From assembly GCF_018350175.1 (NCBI RefSeq), contig NC_058368.1, positions 127,846,001 through 127,910,000 of the forward strand: DNA of 64,000 nt. Direction: 5' to 3'. Of this stretch, positions 1-12,570 are shown in pieces (position 1 is the stretch's first letter; every line of letters starts with the position of its first letter). This stretch comes from Felis catus. Taxonomy: Eukaryota. The notes under the pieces were generated by a model. That model worked only from the letters and a program-made list of their open reading frames with translations, was not told where the DNA came from and searched no databases. A program made the position numbers and the translations under genes.

Positions 1-480
1 GCACCAAGATGCTCTCATACCATAAACTGAGGTTCTATAATCATTCCAATCATCATCCATTAATATCTAAAGTGCTTGGCGGAAGCCTTCAGCAGAAATA
101 AAGAGCAAATGATATAATTAATCCCCCTATCCTAAAGCCCTAACTATGCAGACCTCCCTTCAATAACCATGATCCAAACTATGCTCCTAGAGTATGTTAA
201 TACCCAGGTCAGAAAAACTGAAAACCATAAATCAGATACTTGCAGCAAAACATTCATGCTTATACTCAGATGAAAAATATTTATTCACAGTGTGAGGTGT
301 GTATAAACCAAATCTTAAACAGCTGTGTAATTTTCAAAATAAACACAGTCCATAATCATATTTTAGTTATAGATAATGTGGTATCTTAAAATTCTATGCC
401 TTTATCAAAAATGGATATAAAATAATGTTCTGTCTCATGTTTTCATGAAAATGTAATGCACAACTCAGACTCCTTCACAT

Positions 481-486
481 TTTATT
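481..486 (-). terminator. Candidate polyadenylation signal AATAAA
   Basis: 27 nt after the stop codon of the putative last exon; such hexamers are common in AT-rich DNA. Confidence 0.3.
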
Positions 487-513
487 TCTGAAATGAAAAA
501 TATTTCCTTATAT

Positions 514-640
514 TCAGAGATATGTATCTTCCTTGACATCTTCAGTGCCTCTTGAAATTTGAGGGAAGGGGTAGTGAAGATGACCATCCATGACTGAAGA
601 AACTGCTTTATTCCATAGATACCAGAAGAAACCTTTCACT
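514..640 (-). pseudogene. Probable terminal coding exon: VKGFFWYLWNKAVSSVMDGHLHYPFPQISRGTEDVKEDTYL*
   Basis: ttgttctttgttag| acceptor; phase 2, open to TGA at 514-516; AATAAA just downstream. Confidence 0.6.
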
Positions 641-663
641 CTAACAAAGAACAATTATGAACA

Positions 664-868
664 AAATTTTTAAATTTATTTTATTTTAGAGAGAGGGAGA
701 GAAAGAGCGCAAGTGGGATAGAGGGACAGAGGGAGAGAGAGAAAATCTTAAGCAGACTCCACACTCAGTACAGAGCCCAATGCTGGACTTGATCCCACAA
801 CCCTGGGATCATGACCTGAGCTGAAATCAAGAGTCAGATGTTCAAGGGACTGAGCTATCCAGGTCCCC
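664..868 (-). mobile_element. CanSINE (older carnivore subfamily)
   Basis: T-rich tail, (GA)n and tRNA-derived head in reverse orientation. Confidence 0.9.
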
Positions 869-882
869 AAATTATGAACAGA

Positions 883-916
883 TTTTTTTAATATTTTAAA
901 ACTTTATTTAGTTATT

Positions 917-970
<54 letters not shown>

Positions 971-1135
971 TGAGCGAGCAAGCATGCAGGAGAGGGCCAG
1001 AGAGAGAATTCCAAGCAGGCTCCTTGCTGTCAGCACAGAGCCCGATGCGGGGCTCAAACTCATGCACTGTGAGATCATGACCTGAGCCAAAACCAAGAGT
1101 CGGATGCTTAATCAACTGAGCCACCCAGGTGCCCC
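883..1135 (-). mobile_element. Felid CanSINE
   Basis: Ends ...ctgagccacccaggtgcccc; long (GA)n. Confidence 0.92.
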
Positions 1136-2107
1136 ATGAACAAAATTTCTAAATGTATTTCATGTGGCAAATAGGTCTTAGAGGAAAATTAAACATTACA
1201 GGGGCTATTTGCTTCACTTTATTTTCTCTACCCTATCAGTTCCCATCATATCCTGACATTTTAGGTAAACGGAAATAAGAGCCACAAAAACATAGTGGCC
1301 AAAAAAGTGAAAAATAAAATGGCCCAAGTCTGCAGGCTGCTGCAGAAATTCAGAACAGCAGTACTTGAGAAACCCAGGGATAAAACACATGTACATTCTT
1401 CCTCTAAATCTGTGTCTGAGTCATGGGGAAAAAAAGTTTATGTTTTTTAAATCTACCTTTTAACCTGCTGCTAAATCACTGACCTTCTAAAACTGAAGTT
1501 CCACATTTAAAAAGTATGAGGTATTTATGGTCAGAATAAACTACTCAAATACCCAACCAAATTACACCAAATCTAGATCTATCATGAGGACAGATAAAAG
1601 CAAATAGTGCGTCTTACAATAAGAGAGAAAAACTGTCCATCATTCACTACAGGTTACAATAAGTGGAATTATTTAGTTCATAGATAAAATGGTCAAACCT
1701 GATATAATTACATATATAAGAAATATTATACTATATAATATCAGGGAAGTCAAAGCAAATTATAAGAATAATAAAAATATCTTTACTTTCTAGCTATAAT
1801 CTTGAGAGGCTATAAGGAAGTATGTTATTATCAGCTGGACAGTGACAGGCATTATAAATGATCTTTTAAAGAGAGCTTTGGAAATAGAATTTTATAATTC
1901 AGGGAAATACAGTAAAGTCTTATTATAGATTAAGCTACATATAAGAAAATTGATGGCTCTGATGAAGATCGTAGCCAGGAGAACTAATGACTTACTGGAG
2001 AGAAATCTATTCTTTAGACTATTGTAAGTTGACATTTACCTATTTCACTTGATCAATGTGTATAGTCACACTGAATAATTCTGGCTTTTTACTTTGGTGA
2101 AACTTAC

Positions 2108-2140
2108 CTCATAATTTCTATTTCTCTATAATGTTCTTGT
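2108..2140 (-). pseudogene. 33-nt exon: QEHYREIEIM(R)
   Basis: aattctacag| acceptor and consensus GAG|gtaagt donor; phase 2->2, open. Confidence 0.75.
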
Positions 2141-2659
2141 CTGTAGAATTACAATACTATTTTTAACTTCTCTCTCATGACCTCAAAACATTCTATTTTC
2201 TAAAGCATCCCATAACTAAAAAGGGTAAGACAGTATACAGAGATTCACTTGTTCTAAATAAAAAAAGATGCTCATTCCTATGATATGCTCCTTTGGTATC
2301 ACATAAAATACACTGGTGGGCTTTAGAATAGTACAGACGTGTTAAAATCCTCCTCTTCTAAGGGAAGTCATCTAACCTCTCTGAACTGAGTCCTCTGTAC
2401 AATAGGGACAATTTACTGGTTAAGATAAGTGTGAGAATTAAGTGGCATAACCTATGCGCAGCACCTGCCACAGAGCTTTCCACATGGCAGTCATTTCAAA
2501 CCTGTTATTCCTGTCCCCACCCCTTGGCTACTGTGTCATGAGTGCTTGTAGATGAGCATGTTAAGCAAAAGATAACACATAGGCTTGTGAAACATTGTTG
2601 CTGTCTAGAATTCCTCAAAAAGAAAAACTACATCTGTCTTTGAAATCCATGTTGCTTAC

Positions 2660-2731
2660 TTTTGAAGAAGTGCAGCTCTTCTTGCAAAATCTTTACGTCT
2701 TTGCAGGTAGTTCGTCAGAAAACTTAACATA
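2660..2731 (-). pseudogene. 72-nt exon: (S)MLSFLTNYLQRRKDFARRAALLQ(K)
   Basis: cttatccacag| acceptor and AAA|gtaagc donor; phase 2->2, open. Confidence 0.7.
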
Positions 2732-2943
2732 CTGTGGATAAGCCACGGCGGTCAACACCAAATAAAACATTTCTGTATCAAGCCTCTGCCTCCTATGACA
2801 GTGCTTTCGTGATTAGAAATTATCTCCAGATTTGGCAAAGCAAATGCCTATGTCCAAATCTGCACAACGTGTCTCTCTCCCAGTACACTTTTAATGGAGT
2901 TTACACCTGCTGAGATCTACAGATCACTGCTAAAGTATCTCAC

Positions 2944-3110
2944 CTTTTGAGTTTGGGTGAACCACCAATTTTCCTTGAGAGACTGGCAGCATTTCCTTTC
3001 ACTGTCCAAATTCTATCTTTGGTTGTGTACTGGGAACCAAAATACAAAATTCCTCAACAACTTATCATCAGTGTTTGATAATCACCAATGATTCCTTTCG
3101 GTTTGAAGAG
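2944..3110 (-). pseudogene. 167-nt exon: LFKPKGIIGDYQTLMISC*GILYFGSQYTTKDRIWTVKGNAASLSRKIGGSPKLK
   Basis: AAG|gtgaga donor; phase 0->2; TGA at 3054-3056. Confidence 0.65.
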
Positions 3111-3401
3111 CTATGCATTAGAAATTTAAAAAAAAAAGACATTCAAACCTCTCTTCAGAAGTCATTATTGACGGTTCTACATGAGGGAAGTTTCCTTGGT
3201 TACCCTACTATTCTTACATTCCAGGAACTCGAAACATACTCTCAAAAAGAGTGAATAAAATGGTAATTTTTATGTTGTCCCTTTTTTTACCATAATAAAA
3301 AAAAAGAGTGAATGATACTAGCTAGCTCTAAAATCTCACTGTTAAAAGTCAATTAATCGCCATTAGCCTAAACCATGAATCTCAGTATTAAGTAATTTTA
3401 C

Positions 3402-3580
3402 CTTTCTGACAGGTAGATGTGCTCTTCATTCTTGGTGACACATTAAGGACTTAGAGATTCTGTCCCTTAGTATGTTGAAAACTGGTGTGGGCTTTCTGAA
3501 GGGGAGCATTTTCACACCATCTGGATGAGTCAGAGGGTCATGTCACATCACAGTTATCCCTAAAACTTCTAGAATTCACA
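3402..3580 (-). pseudogene. 179-nt exon: *ILEVLGITVM*HDPLTHPDGVKMLPFRKPTPVFNILRDRISKSLMCHQE*RAHLPVRK
   Basis: tgttgtacttccacag| acceptor and AAG|gtaaaa donor; phase 1->0 with three TGA. Confidence 0.6.
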
Positions 3581-4009
3581 CTGTGGAAGTACAACACAGA
3601 GAGACATTTGGCAATAGGCTTGGGGGAAAATCAAAGAGGGTTTGCTCCTAGTTTTTTCTTCTCCACTAAAAATATTTCTAGGGTATAGTTCTTGGATAAA
3701 ATAAAAATAATACATTATCTCAGAGTCCTTTTCAGGAGTTACAGAAAAAGGACTACCAGGTTTCAATGAAGTCTTAAGACTACACTCTTCACTAGCAGAT
3801 TTTATCCTATAAATTCTGGTCTTCCCTCTCAGGAATAAATAAGGATAAGTAAGAATATTCTAGGTAGAGAAGGGTTATTATCTAAGAGTAATATGGAGGG
3901 AGGGGAGGAGTGAAGAGGAATAGCATATATACAAAAGTAAGAACCATGTAAGTGAAGGTGAATTTCAGGGTAAGAATTCAACATTTTTAGAAAAAGGGTT
4001 ATTGATGGG

Positions 4010-4486
4010 AAATGTATGAGTTTCCCATTGCCTCTATAACCAATTACCACAAACTCTGGCATAAAACAGCAGTTTTATTTTCTTATAGTTCTGGAGGTCA
4101 GAAGTCCCAAATGAGTCTCATGAGGACTAAAACTAAGATTCTGGCAGGCTTGGTTCTTTCCGGAGAAGTCAGAGGGTGGAATCTATTCTCTTCATCTCCC
4201 GGCTTCTAGAGGCTACTAACACTCCTTGACTTGTGGCCACATCACACCAATTTCTACTTGTGTTGTCACAGTTCCTTCTTCTGTCTCTCACCTCCTTGTC
4301 TCTCTTATATAAGGCGTCTTCGGATTATATTTAGGGACCACTGGATGATTAAGCATTCTCTCCTATCCCAAGATCCTTAAATTAATCACATCTGCAAAGT
4401 CCTTTTTGCCACAAAACATAATATATTCACAGATTCCAGGAATCAAAATGTAGACCTCCTTTGGAGGCCATTATTCAGCCTACCAT
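4010..4486 (-). mobile_element. MaLR MLT1-type solo LTR
   Basis: Typical motifs: aattaccacaaact, gttctggaggtcagaagtcc, aatcacatctgcaaagtcc, ttattcagcctacca. Confidence 0.85.
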
Positions 4487-4799
4487 GGGAGGTAATCAAA
4501 ATTATGATAGTATCTATCATTACTACACATTATTCATTACACTAGGTGCTTTACATCTATTATATAGCCATAACACCATCTCTCTCTGCCTCTCTGCAAT
4601 ATGGGAATGATTAAGGATGATATTTAAAATATTTAAAAACTTACACATTAGGGCACTGACCAATCAGATTGGATTCCAGACATAGTCCTGGAGCCCTCAT
4701 TGCTATGTAACTGAGAGAGTTCCACATGGTCCCAGGAGAGCATTCTGGAATGCCATAATGTACAAATGTGAGTCAATTGATTAAATTACCAGCATGGGT

Positions 4800-5000
4800 A
4801 GTAGCTTACTGAGCACCTACTAGAGGCAGGCCCTCTGTAAGGTATTTTACATGCATTATCACAATCAATCCTTACTGTAACCTTCTTGAAAAGAGACTAT
4901 TATGTCTCTTCCACAGATGAAGTCAATAAGACTCAGAGAAGCTAAATGACTTTCCATGTTCATAGTGAGACTCACTGTGATAATCAGGAGCCAAACTGTG
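4800..5000 (-). mobile_element. MIR (one of several; others near 2.3-2.5, 10.85, 21.5, 24.8, 39.85, 52.65, 57.65 and 62.1 kb)
   Basis: MIR core acagatgaag...actcagagaagctaaatgact. Confidence 0.7.
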
Positions 5001-5454
5001 TGATTGTGACTTCCCTTTTCCTTCCATCAGGTTACACTGAGCCTTATTCAAAAATCTAATATAATAATCTAGAGGTACTTAAGGATTATCCAAACAATAT
5101 AATGGTCTGTACAATGAATTAGGTATTAGATTTGTGAAAATAATGTAGTGAGCCCTTCTTCAATGACAGGAGTCAGTGTGGCCACCTGTACTCCTCAACG
5201 AAGAGGATCTAACATCCTCTCGAATGACTCACTCAGTTAGTTGTTGAGAGGGGCCAAGAAAGGCTCATTCTCATAACTGCACTGCCAAAGGAATCTAAGT
5301 GGTATCATGTGTGCCTCCCAAGCAAAAGGCTTGGCACAAGAAAGTCTTTGGTTGTCTAATATCACTACCATTGTCTTGTCTACCAGCACTGCATATCATT
5401 CCCCACGTATTCAATCTAATTTTTAAAGTTATGCAACAGTAAAATTAATTATAC

Positions 5455-5539
5455 TCTTCTTAGTTTGCTTCGGCCTACAGAATTTAATAGCCGCCGACTA
5501 TATAAGACATTGACTGATGAGTTTTGAAATAAAGTTTGG
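5455..5539 (-). pseudogene. Candidate 85-nt exon (QTLFQNSSVNVLYSRRLLNSVGRSKLRR)
   Basis: atatttccag| acceptor and CpG-containing Arg codons. Donor and frame are ambiguous. Confidence 0.45.
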
Positions 5540-5848
5540 CTGGAAATATCACAGTCATCAACCCTCAGCATTACTTGGAAGTATCATATTCATTTTTTGT
5601 TTGATATGTAACAAATGAATTCATTTATATGAATCTGACAGATTTTCTGCTGGTTTTTGGAGAGGATAATTATTTAAAGAAACCATGAAATCAACTTCAA
5701 ATTTATAAGATAAACATAGATTAAAATATTTCAAATAATAGGCTACCACTAGATCCAGGTGCACGTCCTACTATTCATGTGCATACCCTTGTATAGACAC
5801 TCAGCACATGGCAATTTAACACACCAGTCAGCACCTTCAAGTTATTAC

Positions 5849-5905
5849 CAGGAGGAAGTTCTGTTTGTTTTCAGTAACATCTGGTCCCCTGACATACAGT
5901 AATTC
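5849..5905 (-). pseudogene. 57-nt exon (NYCMSGDQMLLKTNRTSS or ELLYVRGPDVTENKQNFLL)
   Basis: ccttttcttcaaatacag| acceptor and CTG|gtaata donor; two frames open. Confidence 0.6.
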
Positions 5906-6084
5906 CTGTATTTGAAGAAAAGGATATAAGCTCATCAGCAGAGCACATCACAGTAACTCAAACAGGGTGGCCGATGAGATAGGGAAAGGTGTCGGAAAAT
6001 TTACACAGGCCATTATCCTAATCGTTTATTCAACTTTCTCTGCAAATTCTCATGAATATATCCAAAAAGGATATATATTCATAC

Positions 6085-6108
6085 CTTCAAAATCTTGTTA
6101 AAAGAACA
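6085..6108 (-). pseudogene. 24-nt microexon (VLLTRF*R or CSFNKILK)
   Basis: ttttaattccccag| acceptor and AAG|gtatga donor. Confidence 0.6.
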
Positions 6109-7850
6109 CTGGGGAATTAAAACAATTCTTGAAATTTTGGGGGGTCAGGGAATGAAAATGAACACATTCTGAGTTTCTATTATGAGCTAACACTGAAATC
6201 AATGTTGTTGCCTCACCAAAATAAAAGACCAGGCAAGAGCTTTTGTTACCTAATTACCCTCATGGCCTCACAGGTCTGGATGCCTACACTGTGGAAATGA
6301 ATTCAATCCAGTAAATGAACCCTGACTTAGACACTTCAGGGTCTACAGGTTCTACTCAAAACAAACAGTGCTTTGTTTTTAAATGGTCTTAGAATTTCAT
6401 TCATTCCTTGATGGTGGGGATAAGGAAAGGAGAGAGGGGGAGGACATGAAACACACACAAATCCTAAATGCATACTATTTCTAAGCCTTTTAACTTATGA
6501 CAAACATCCGTGTCAACTCTTGCTGCAAGGATGGGAATTCGCTGTGAGATGCTATCAGAGACTGAAAAATCCCATGCCCTCCAATTACCTGCACGCTACA
6601 TTAATTCAGATAGGATATTACTTATGGTTTTCCATCATAGCACAAAGACAAAGCCAGAACCTAGTCATGTTAGTGCTAATTTGTTGATAGAGATGGGGAG
6701 AGAATTGGCTATTATAAAATCCTGAAGCTTAGGCAATCAGAATATACTATAAGCTTTATAAGTTAAAATGCTTAGTACCTATAAATTCATTTTTAATAGA
6801 TGTATAAAGTACAGAACTAAAAAGCTTAGGTGAACATTTTTCCAAACCATTCTCATAAGATTTCAATGGAGAAATAAAGGATGAGCACTGTTATTTTCAT
6901 TTTAATTTTATAGGCCCTAGATCTTTGCATAAAGTTTATACTTTCATAAATTGTCCCTTATTTGTTTTAGTTTAAAATTAGAGAATAACTTATTAATTTA
7001 TAGTTGGCTCTCACTAACATTTACATCTTCTAGTTTGAGGCTGTTTATTTATTCATTGATTTACTCATTCATCAATCCTATTAATATTTATGAGTACTAC
7101 TTTGTGCTGACGGCTATGCTACATCTCAGAAATTCAAGAGCGAAGAAGAAGAGTGCTCTCTGCCCTCATGAAGTTTCTAGTGAAGCAGAGAAAGCAGATT
7201 ATGAATAATTCCAAAAACAATTGGTTAAATGAGTATTATAAAGGAGACATACAGCACATTCTAAAAGCATATAACTCCTCACCTTTTTATGTACATTACT
7301 TCTTAACTGAAGAAATCAAAGCTGGTACTGAAATATGGAACACAAGGGGCAAGCTTTTATTCTGATAGTGTTTTATTTTTTCAAGTGATTTCTCAAGCAA
7401 CACTAAAAGATCTTTTTTATTTTATTTTATTTTAATTCCAGTAAACATATAGACCACTACAAGATCTCAAGACAACTAGTTTCAGTATTATACGTATTAT
7501 ATATACATATTGATTATACATATTATCAAACTGATACAAGATGAAATTTAGTACCAAAAATTAAACAATAATCAAAATGAAATATAAATGATATATTTAC
7601 GTCACCCTCATTTTGAGGGATTAGAGGAAAGGTTTTGAGGATTTAGGAAGAATTAGTGGGTTCCACATTTTTCTTGCAAGTCATATCCATTTTTTAAAAA
7701 GCCCATACACTACAAGCGTCTTAGAATGTTTGTCTAAGATGTCTCTGGCTCTGAAACTATGTAATCCTGTGTCTTTAGTTTAATCCACACCAACATATTT
7801 GGGTATAATTTCTGATTTAAGATGATATTTGAGGCTTATCAAAAACCTAC

Positions 7851-8004
7851 AGATGTCCTTTCTTGAGCCGTAAAATTATACCCTGAGAAACTTGCACCAC
7901 TGGATTGAAGCTTCTTTTGTTCTCTTCTGGATGATGACAAAGAAAACCAGTTACAGCACAATATCTGCTCAGGCAGCCACACTTAATATTCCTGAATATA
8001 CTAT
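7851..8004 (-). pseudogene. 154-nt exon: DSIFRNIKCGCLSRYCAVTGFLCHHPEENKRSFNPVVQVSQGIILRLKKGH
   Basis: tttttttctacaacag| acceptor and TCT|gtaggt donor; open in phase 1->2. Confidence 0.6.
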
Positions 8005-8184
8005 CTGTTGTAGAAAAAAAAAAACCCTGATTATACGGTAAATGCTATATTTTATCTTCCATTTAGAAATCGATTTGGAATGCCAAAGCTACTCTATTCA
8101 CCAAACTGGCAACACTTCCTTTTTTCAATACACTTAAGTATCTTTATTTCTTTTGTTGTTTGTTGTTGTTGTTGTTTGTTTGTT

Positions 8185-8375
8185 TGAAGTTTTTATTTAA
8201 ATATGAGTTGGTTAACACGGATTACTCAGTGTAATCATGGTTTCAGGAGTAGAAATGAGTGATTCATCACTTACATACAACACCCAGTGCTCATCCCAAG
8301 TGCCCTTAATACCCATCATCCATTTAGCCCATCCCCCCGCTTATCTCCCCTCCAGCAACCCTCAGTTTGTTCTCC
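8185..8375 (-). mobile_element. Carnivore L1 3' UTR fragment
   Basis: cacttacatacaacacccagtgctcatccca...tccagcaaccctcagtttgttctc. Confidence 0.85.
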
Positions 8376-9604
8376 ATGTCTTTACTTCTTGAGGTGAATT
8401 CTTTAAATTTCACTAAGTACAGCACTGGATTCATTTATCTATCTATATCTTCCACCAACCACGGGTTTCATATTTCATTAGGATCTAAGCATAATTTGCT
8501 TTTGAGTTTTTCTAATATAAAGACTTATAGCTCACCAGAAACACACACAAAAATCAATACCTCTTTTTTGGTACAAGCATATTGTTGTATAGAAAGACTA
8601 GAGTGCTAACATCACCAGCAGGACACAAGCTGCAGCCTGCTTTTCACCTAGTGAAGTGGGATTTTGTGATCACCTGTCTCTATCCTCTCACCCATTTTTT
8701 CTGTTAATAAAAAGTAAATGCTATGAGCCTGCCGGGTGGGTGGAGAGTCCACCTTTTGACACAGAATGACAATATCCTAATTAGACTTGTGTATGGCTAC
8801 AGGCCATGTCATTTATTTGGACCAAATGAATTAATCAACTTTCTTTTTGATTATATCCAACTATTAATCAGAGCCTCACATTTTGTGGTATTTTATCCAT
8901 CTTCTTAATCACTTAAATTGCTATTTGGTGTGTGAGTTAAAACTCAAAGAACAAAATAGCCAATTATATATTACTGGTATAGATTATATTACATGTGTGC
9001 TCATTCAAAACTAATGTTACCTTAAAATATAATGACCTACTTCTCCACAATGCCTGAGTCAGTCCCTAAGTAATATGTCAGATAATAAACACTGGCATTA
9101 ACTCTCTCACTACCTTAAATGTGTACTTTTGTTTTGTTTACTTCAAGACTTATGAGGTAATACTTTAAGCAATAAGAAGGGTTTTTTTTTTCTTTTTTTG
9201 TGTGCGTGTTTTTTGTTTTTTTCTTCTTTAAGATTCCTACTGACAATTAGGTGAACCTGGAGTTCCTTCATAACTGTGAAATTTCATAAAGAAGAAATTC
9301 CTTCTTATTACAAAATAGAATACTTTAATTATTTCAGTTGATTAAAGTAAAAGCTCATGAAAGTCTCACTGACTCTGATTATTAACTTTAGTTTTATAAT
9401 TCAACTCTCATTGCTAGCTCTTTTAAAAACACCAGTCATTAAGTCATAAACTGCTCTGAATTTTTATTTTGAGAAGTAATTACTGCACAAATAAAACTCT
9501 ACGATTATGAGATATACATATGGTGTCTGTACTCCACTGGTTTAAAAGTGAAAATGGTGATTCATGGTCTTGCATTTGGCTAATTTCTTCACAGAATTGT
9601 GTAC

Positions 9605-9663
9605 CTGTAATCACAGTTCTACGTAGTACTCTTAGGGTACTTTTGTCTAAAGCTTCCCTTTCT
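9605..9663 (-). pseudogene. 59-nt exon: EREALDKSTLRVLRRTVIT
   Basis: tttttccccaag| acceptor and CAG|gtacac donor; phase 2->1, open. Confidence 0.6.
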
Positions 9664-9943
9664 CTTGGGGAAAAATATGGGTCATTCCTTATCACGTCTC
9701 AGTCACCCTCTGAGAACAAGCCATACATAGAGGAAAGCATAGTTAATTCTTTCAGGTAACCAGAGACCCTGCCAGAGAAAGGTTATAAACCTATTACATG
9801 GAATACAATTTTAATGGTAACATTTGAAAATAACTGAATTCTCAACCAAAGGATGCTCATTCAGACCTATAGCCTTTTAAGTTTAAGTAGTCTCTCCTAA
9901 ATAAGAATATTTTGCTCTAAATCAAATGCTATTATTCCCTTAC

Positions 9944-9957
9944 CTAGATATTTCCAC
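9944..9957 (-). pseudogene. 14-nt microexon: VEIS(R)
   Basis: ttttgtgtgcttcctgcag|GTGGAAATATCTAG|gtaagg. Phase 0->2 links the flanking exons. Confidence 0.65.
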
Positions 9958-10440
9958 CTGCAGGAAGCACACAAAACAAAACAAATTAAAAACAAATACT
10001 CTGGGGAAAAGGAATAAAATTGAACACCTAACATATTCATAGGAAATTTCAAAGTTTAACTCTGTCCAGAGTCCTACAATATTCACAGACAGCAAGAAAC
10101 AACTCAACAAATATAAAGAAATAATTACAGATGTGAAGTCAGTATCAAGGAGTAAGGAGAAAAAATGGTTCAATCATTTAGGAAGTCACAAAGATCAATG
10201 GCATCAACAGCCATATATTCCAAATTGCGTATTACTCAGCTTTCCCAGAAGACTGAGAGCTCCTGAAGGGAAGGGACCAGACCATATACCTTGTGATTTA
10301 GCAGGATTATTTTACAGTGTATTATAGACTGCAAATATCTGTTACATTCATTCAATATCTGAAAAAAGATGTAGTATAAAATCACAAACAAATAAAACCT
10401 CATTAGTCTACAAATGAAATTTCTGTTGACACAGAGGTAC

Positions 10441-10502
10441 TTCCCTCCAATGCTTCATATAAGCAGCAACTTTCAGAAACAATGACAAATTTGCATAGGA
10501 GT
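10441..10502 (-). pseudogene. 62-nt exon: DSYANLSLFLKVAAYMKHWRE
   Basis: ctaat branch point plus tgtccctcctctgtgcag| acceptor; GAA|gtacct donor; phase 1->0. Confidence 0.6.
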
Positions 10503-11272
10503 CTGCACAGAGGAGGGACAACATTAGCACTCAGTGTGGCTAATGTCTCTCAGGTGTGCACACATCTCTGTGGTTCACTTCCTCATACTTTTCTTCAAAC
10601 CGAAGATAAATAAATTATAAAAAGTGGTTTAGAACAACCCAGACTATTCCTCCTTCCATTAACATTAAATAGATAAGTTGCACATATAATAAATAATACA
10701 TAAATAGTATATTTCACATGATGTATTATATACAATAAAACATAAATTGTACATATAAAAATACCTAGATACCATGCCTTGTTCTAACCAGTTTCATATA
10801 TTTTTGTCCACCCATATAATAACTCAGGTGGTAGAAACGATTAACCAGTAAGACATAAGAAAATTAGAAGAGCTAGGTGGTTTCCCCAAGGTGAGCTGAT
10901 TACTAGCTGGCAGATCCAGGACTCAAAGCCAGGTGGTCTGACCACAGAGCCTGTGCTGTGAACCTCTACTAGCTCCATGTGCAATGAACACCTCAGGGTA
11001 GAGGAACCATGGAGAGAGGGTGATAAGAGAAAACAGCAAAATCACTTGCAAGTGGGGTTGGGGGGAGAAAAAGCTTAATCATGAAACCAAAGTCTAGGGG
11101 AACTAAGAAAGGAGACATGAGGAAGGGAAGGGAAGAAAAGTGATAAAAGACAATACACAGATACTAACAAAAGAAGGAAGCACCATGAACTCCTATGTCT
11201 TCACTGTATGATTTTCTGGATGAATCTGTAGAGTGAGGAGAAACCCTTCAGTGAGCACTCATTGCCTTTCAC

Positions 11273-11435
11273 CTCATCTCAGCATAAAACCTGGGTAACT
11301 GCCATGTCAGAAAACTCATAAAAGAAAATACCAAGTTACATATGAATCATATTCCCATGTCTCTTGAACATTGCCTGATTCTTTCATCATAAGTAAAATA
11401 TTGAGGCCCCCTGAATGAAGCCATCACAGCATTTT
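11273..11435 (-). pseudogene. Exon remnant: ENAVMASFRGPQYFTYDERIRQCSRDMGI*FICNLVFSFMSFLTWQLPRFYAEM
   Basis: LPRFY resembles the RGS-terminal xPRF motif. GAG|gtgaaa donor. The 5' end abuts a truncated SINE. Confidence 0.5.
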
Positions 11436-11450
11436 CTAATTCAATTCAAA

Positions 11451-11557
11451 CAGCACAGAGCCCGATGTGGGGCTCAAAACCACAAACTATGAGATCATGA
11501 CCTGAGCCAAAACCAAGAGTCAGACACTTAAATTGATAGAGCCACCCAGGCGCCCCT
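11451..11557 (-). mobile_element. CanSINE, head half only (tail missing)
   Basis: cagcacagagcccgatgtggggctc...gagccacccaggcgcccc with no (CT)n or polyA part. Confidence 0.85.
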
Positions 11558-12534
11558 GTATGTTGTCAGGGCAGGGGCACCAAAAATTCAAAAGACCACT
11601 GGCTTATATTAAACATCTTTTCCAAATGAGTCTTGTAGGCAATACCGAGAATTAGATGCATTAACCCTTCAAAGAGAAGTTTATACTGAAACTCCGCTCA
11701 GATTGTCTGTCATATGAATGATAAAGCGAAGCAGCACTGGTAGTGGTAAAATCCATAGAAAAAGCATGGTCAACAGCAGTGATTAGTATGCATGCTATGT
11801 GAATTTCCCTTGCAAGAGAGCAGCGTGTTTGGTTTAGTGGATGGTGGTGTAAGTGAGCTCTGGATAATCATAGATTCTTCTTGTTCTATGATTCCATTGA
11901 TCTATAATTTGAAAGCACAGTGATATATTCCAAAAGAGAAGGTAAGAGGCTCAAGCTTTGCACTCTGCTCGCAATTTTAGGCAACTGACCTTACCTTTCC
12001 AGGCCTGAGTTTCCCTATCTTTAAAACAAAGGGTCCTTTTCAGCGTTTAGAATCTATGACTTTTCATTTACAGCTACATTTGGTGATCACCATTTTCCAC
12101 ATACAAGCCAGCATATGTGCACAGGTGCATACATACACACGCATGCACACACACAAATTTCTAGCTTGATATTATTATGACTTCCTATGGCCAGGTAGAA
12201 CTTATACCTATTTTATTTAAGACCAGCGTTTATCTAACCTCAAGATTTCTTTGGATAGCACATTTAACAACTAAAAAACCTGTTCCAATACCTCATGACA
12301 CCAAATGAAAGGAATTTTCTCACATACATAAACAATTGTTTGAGAATTGAATTTTAGCCATATATTAAGGTGAATAAAAATAGTAGGTTCTTCAATTACT
12401 TAGATATGTAATTGAATGCCAGCTTTACATTCCATGAAACCAAAGTCTTTGCACAGAGGAAAGGGGAAACTAAGGGACATTTAGATGATAAAAGTAAAAG
12501 GTATAAAGACGTTATGCAACAGGGAAATAAACAC

Positions 12535-12570
12535 CCGCAATCACGCCAGTAAATATCCAAAAGTTTAAAA
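12535..12570 (-). pseudogene. Candidate exon: LNFWIFTGVIA
   Basis: ttttgttacttctcaag| acceptor and an RGS-like LxFW motif. Donor is weak and uncertain. Confidence 0.45.

Noticed and set aside
7990..9957. Alternative join giving WKYLDSIF (dynein heavy chain-like motif)
   Set aside because: It requires skipping the 59-nt exon, and no other dynein motifs are present.
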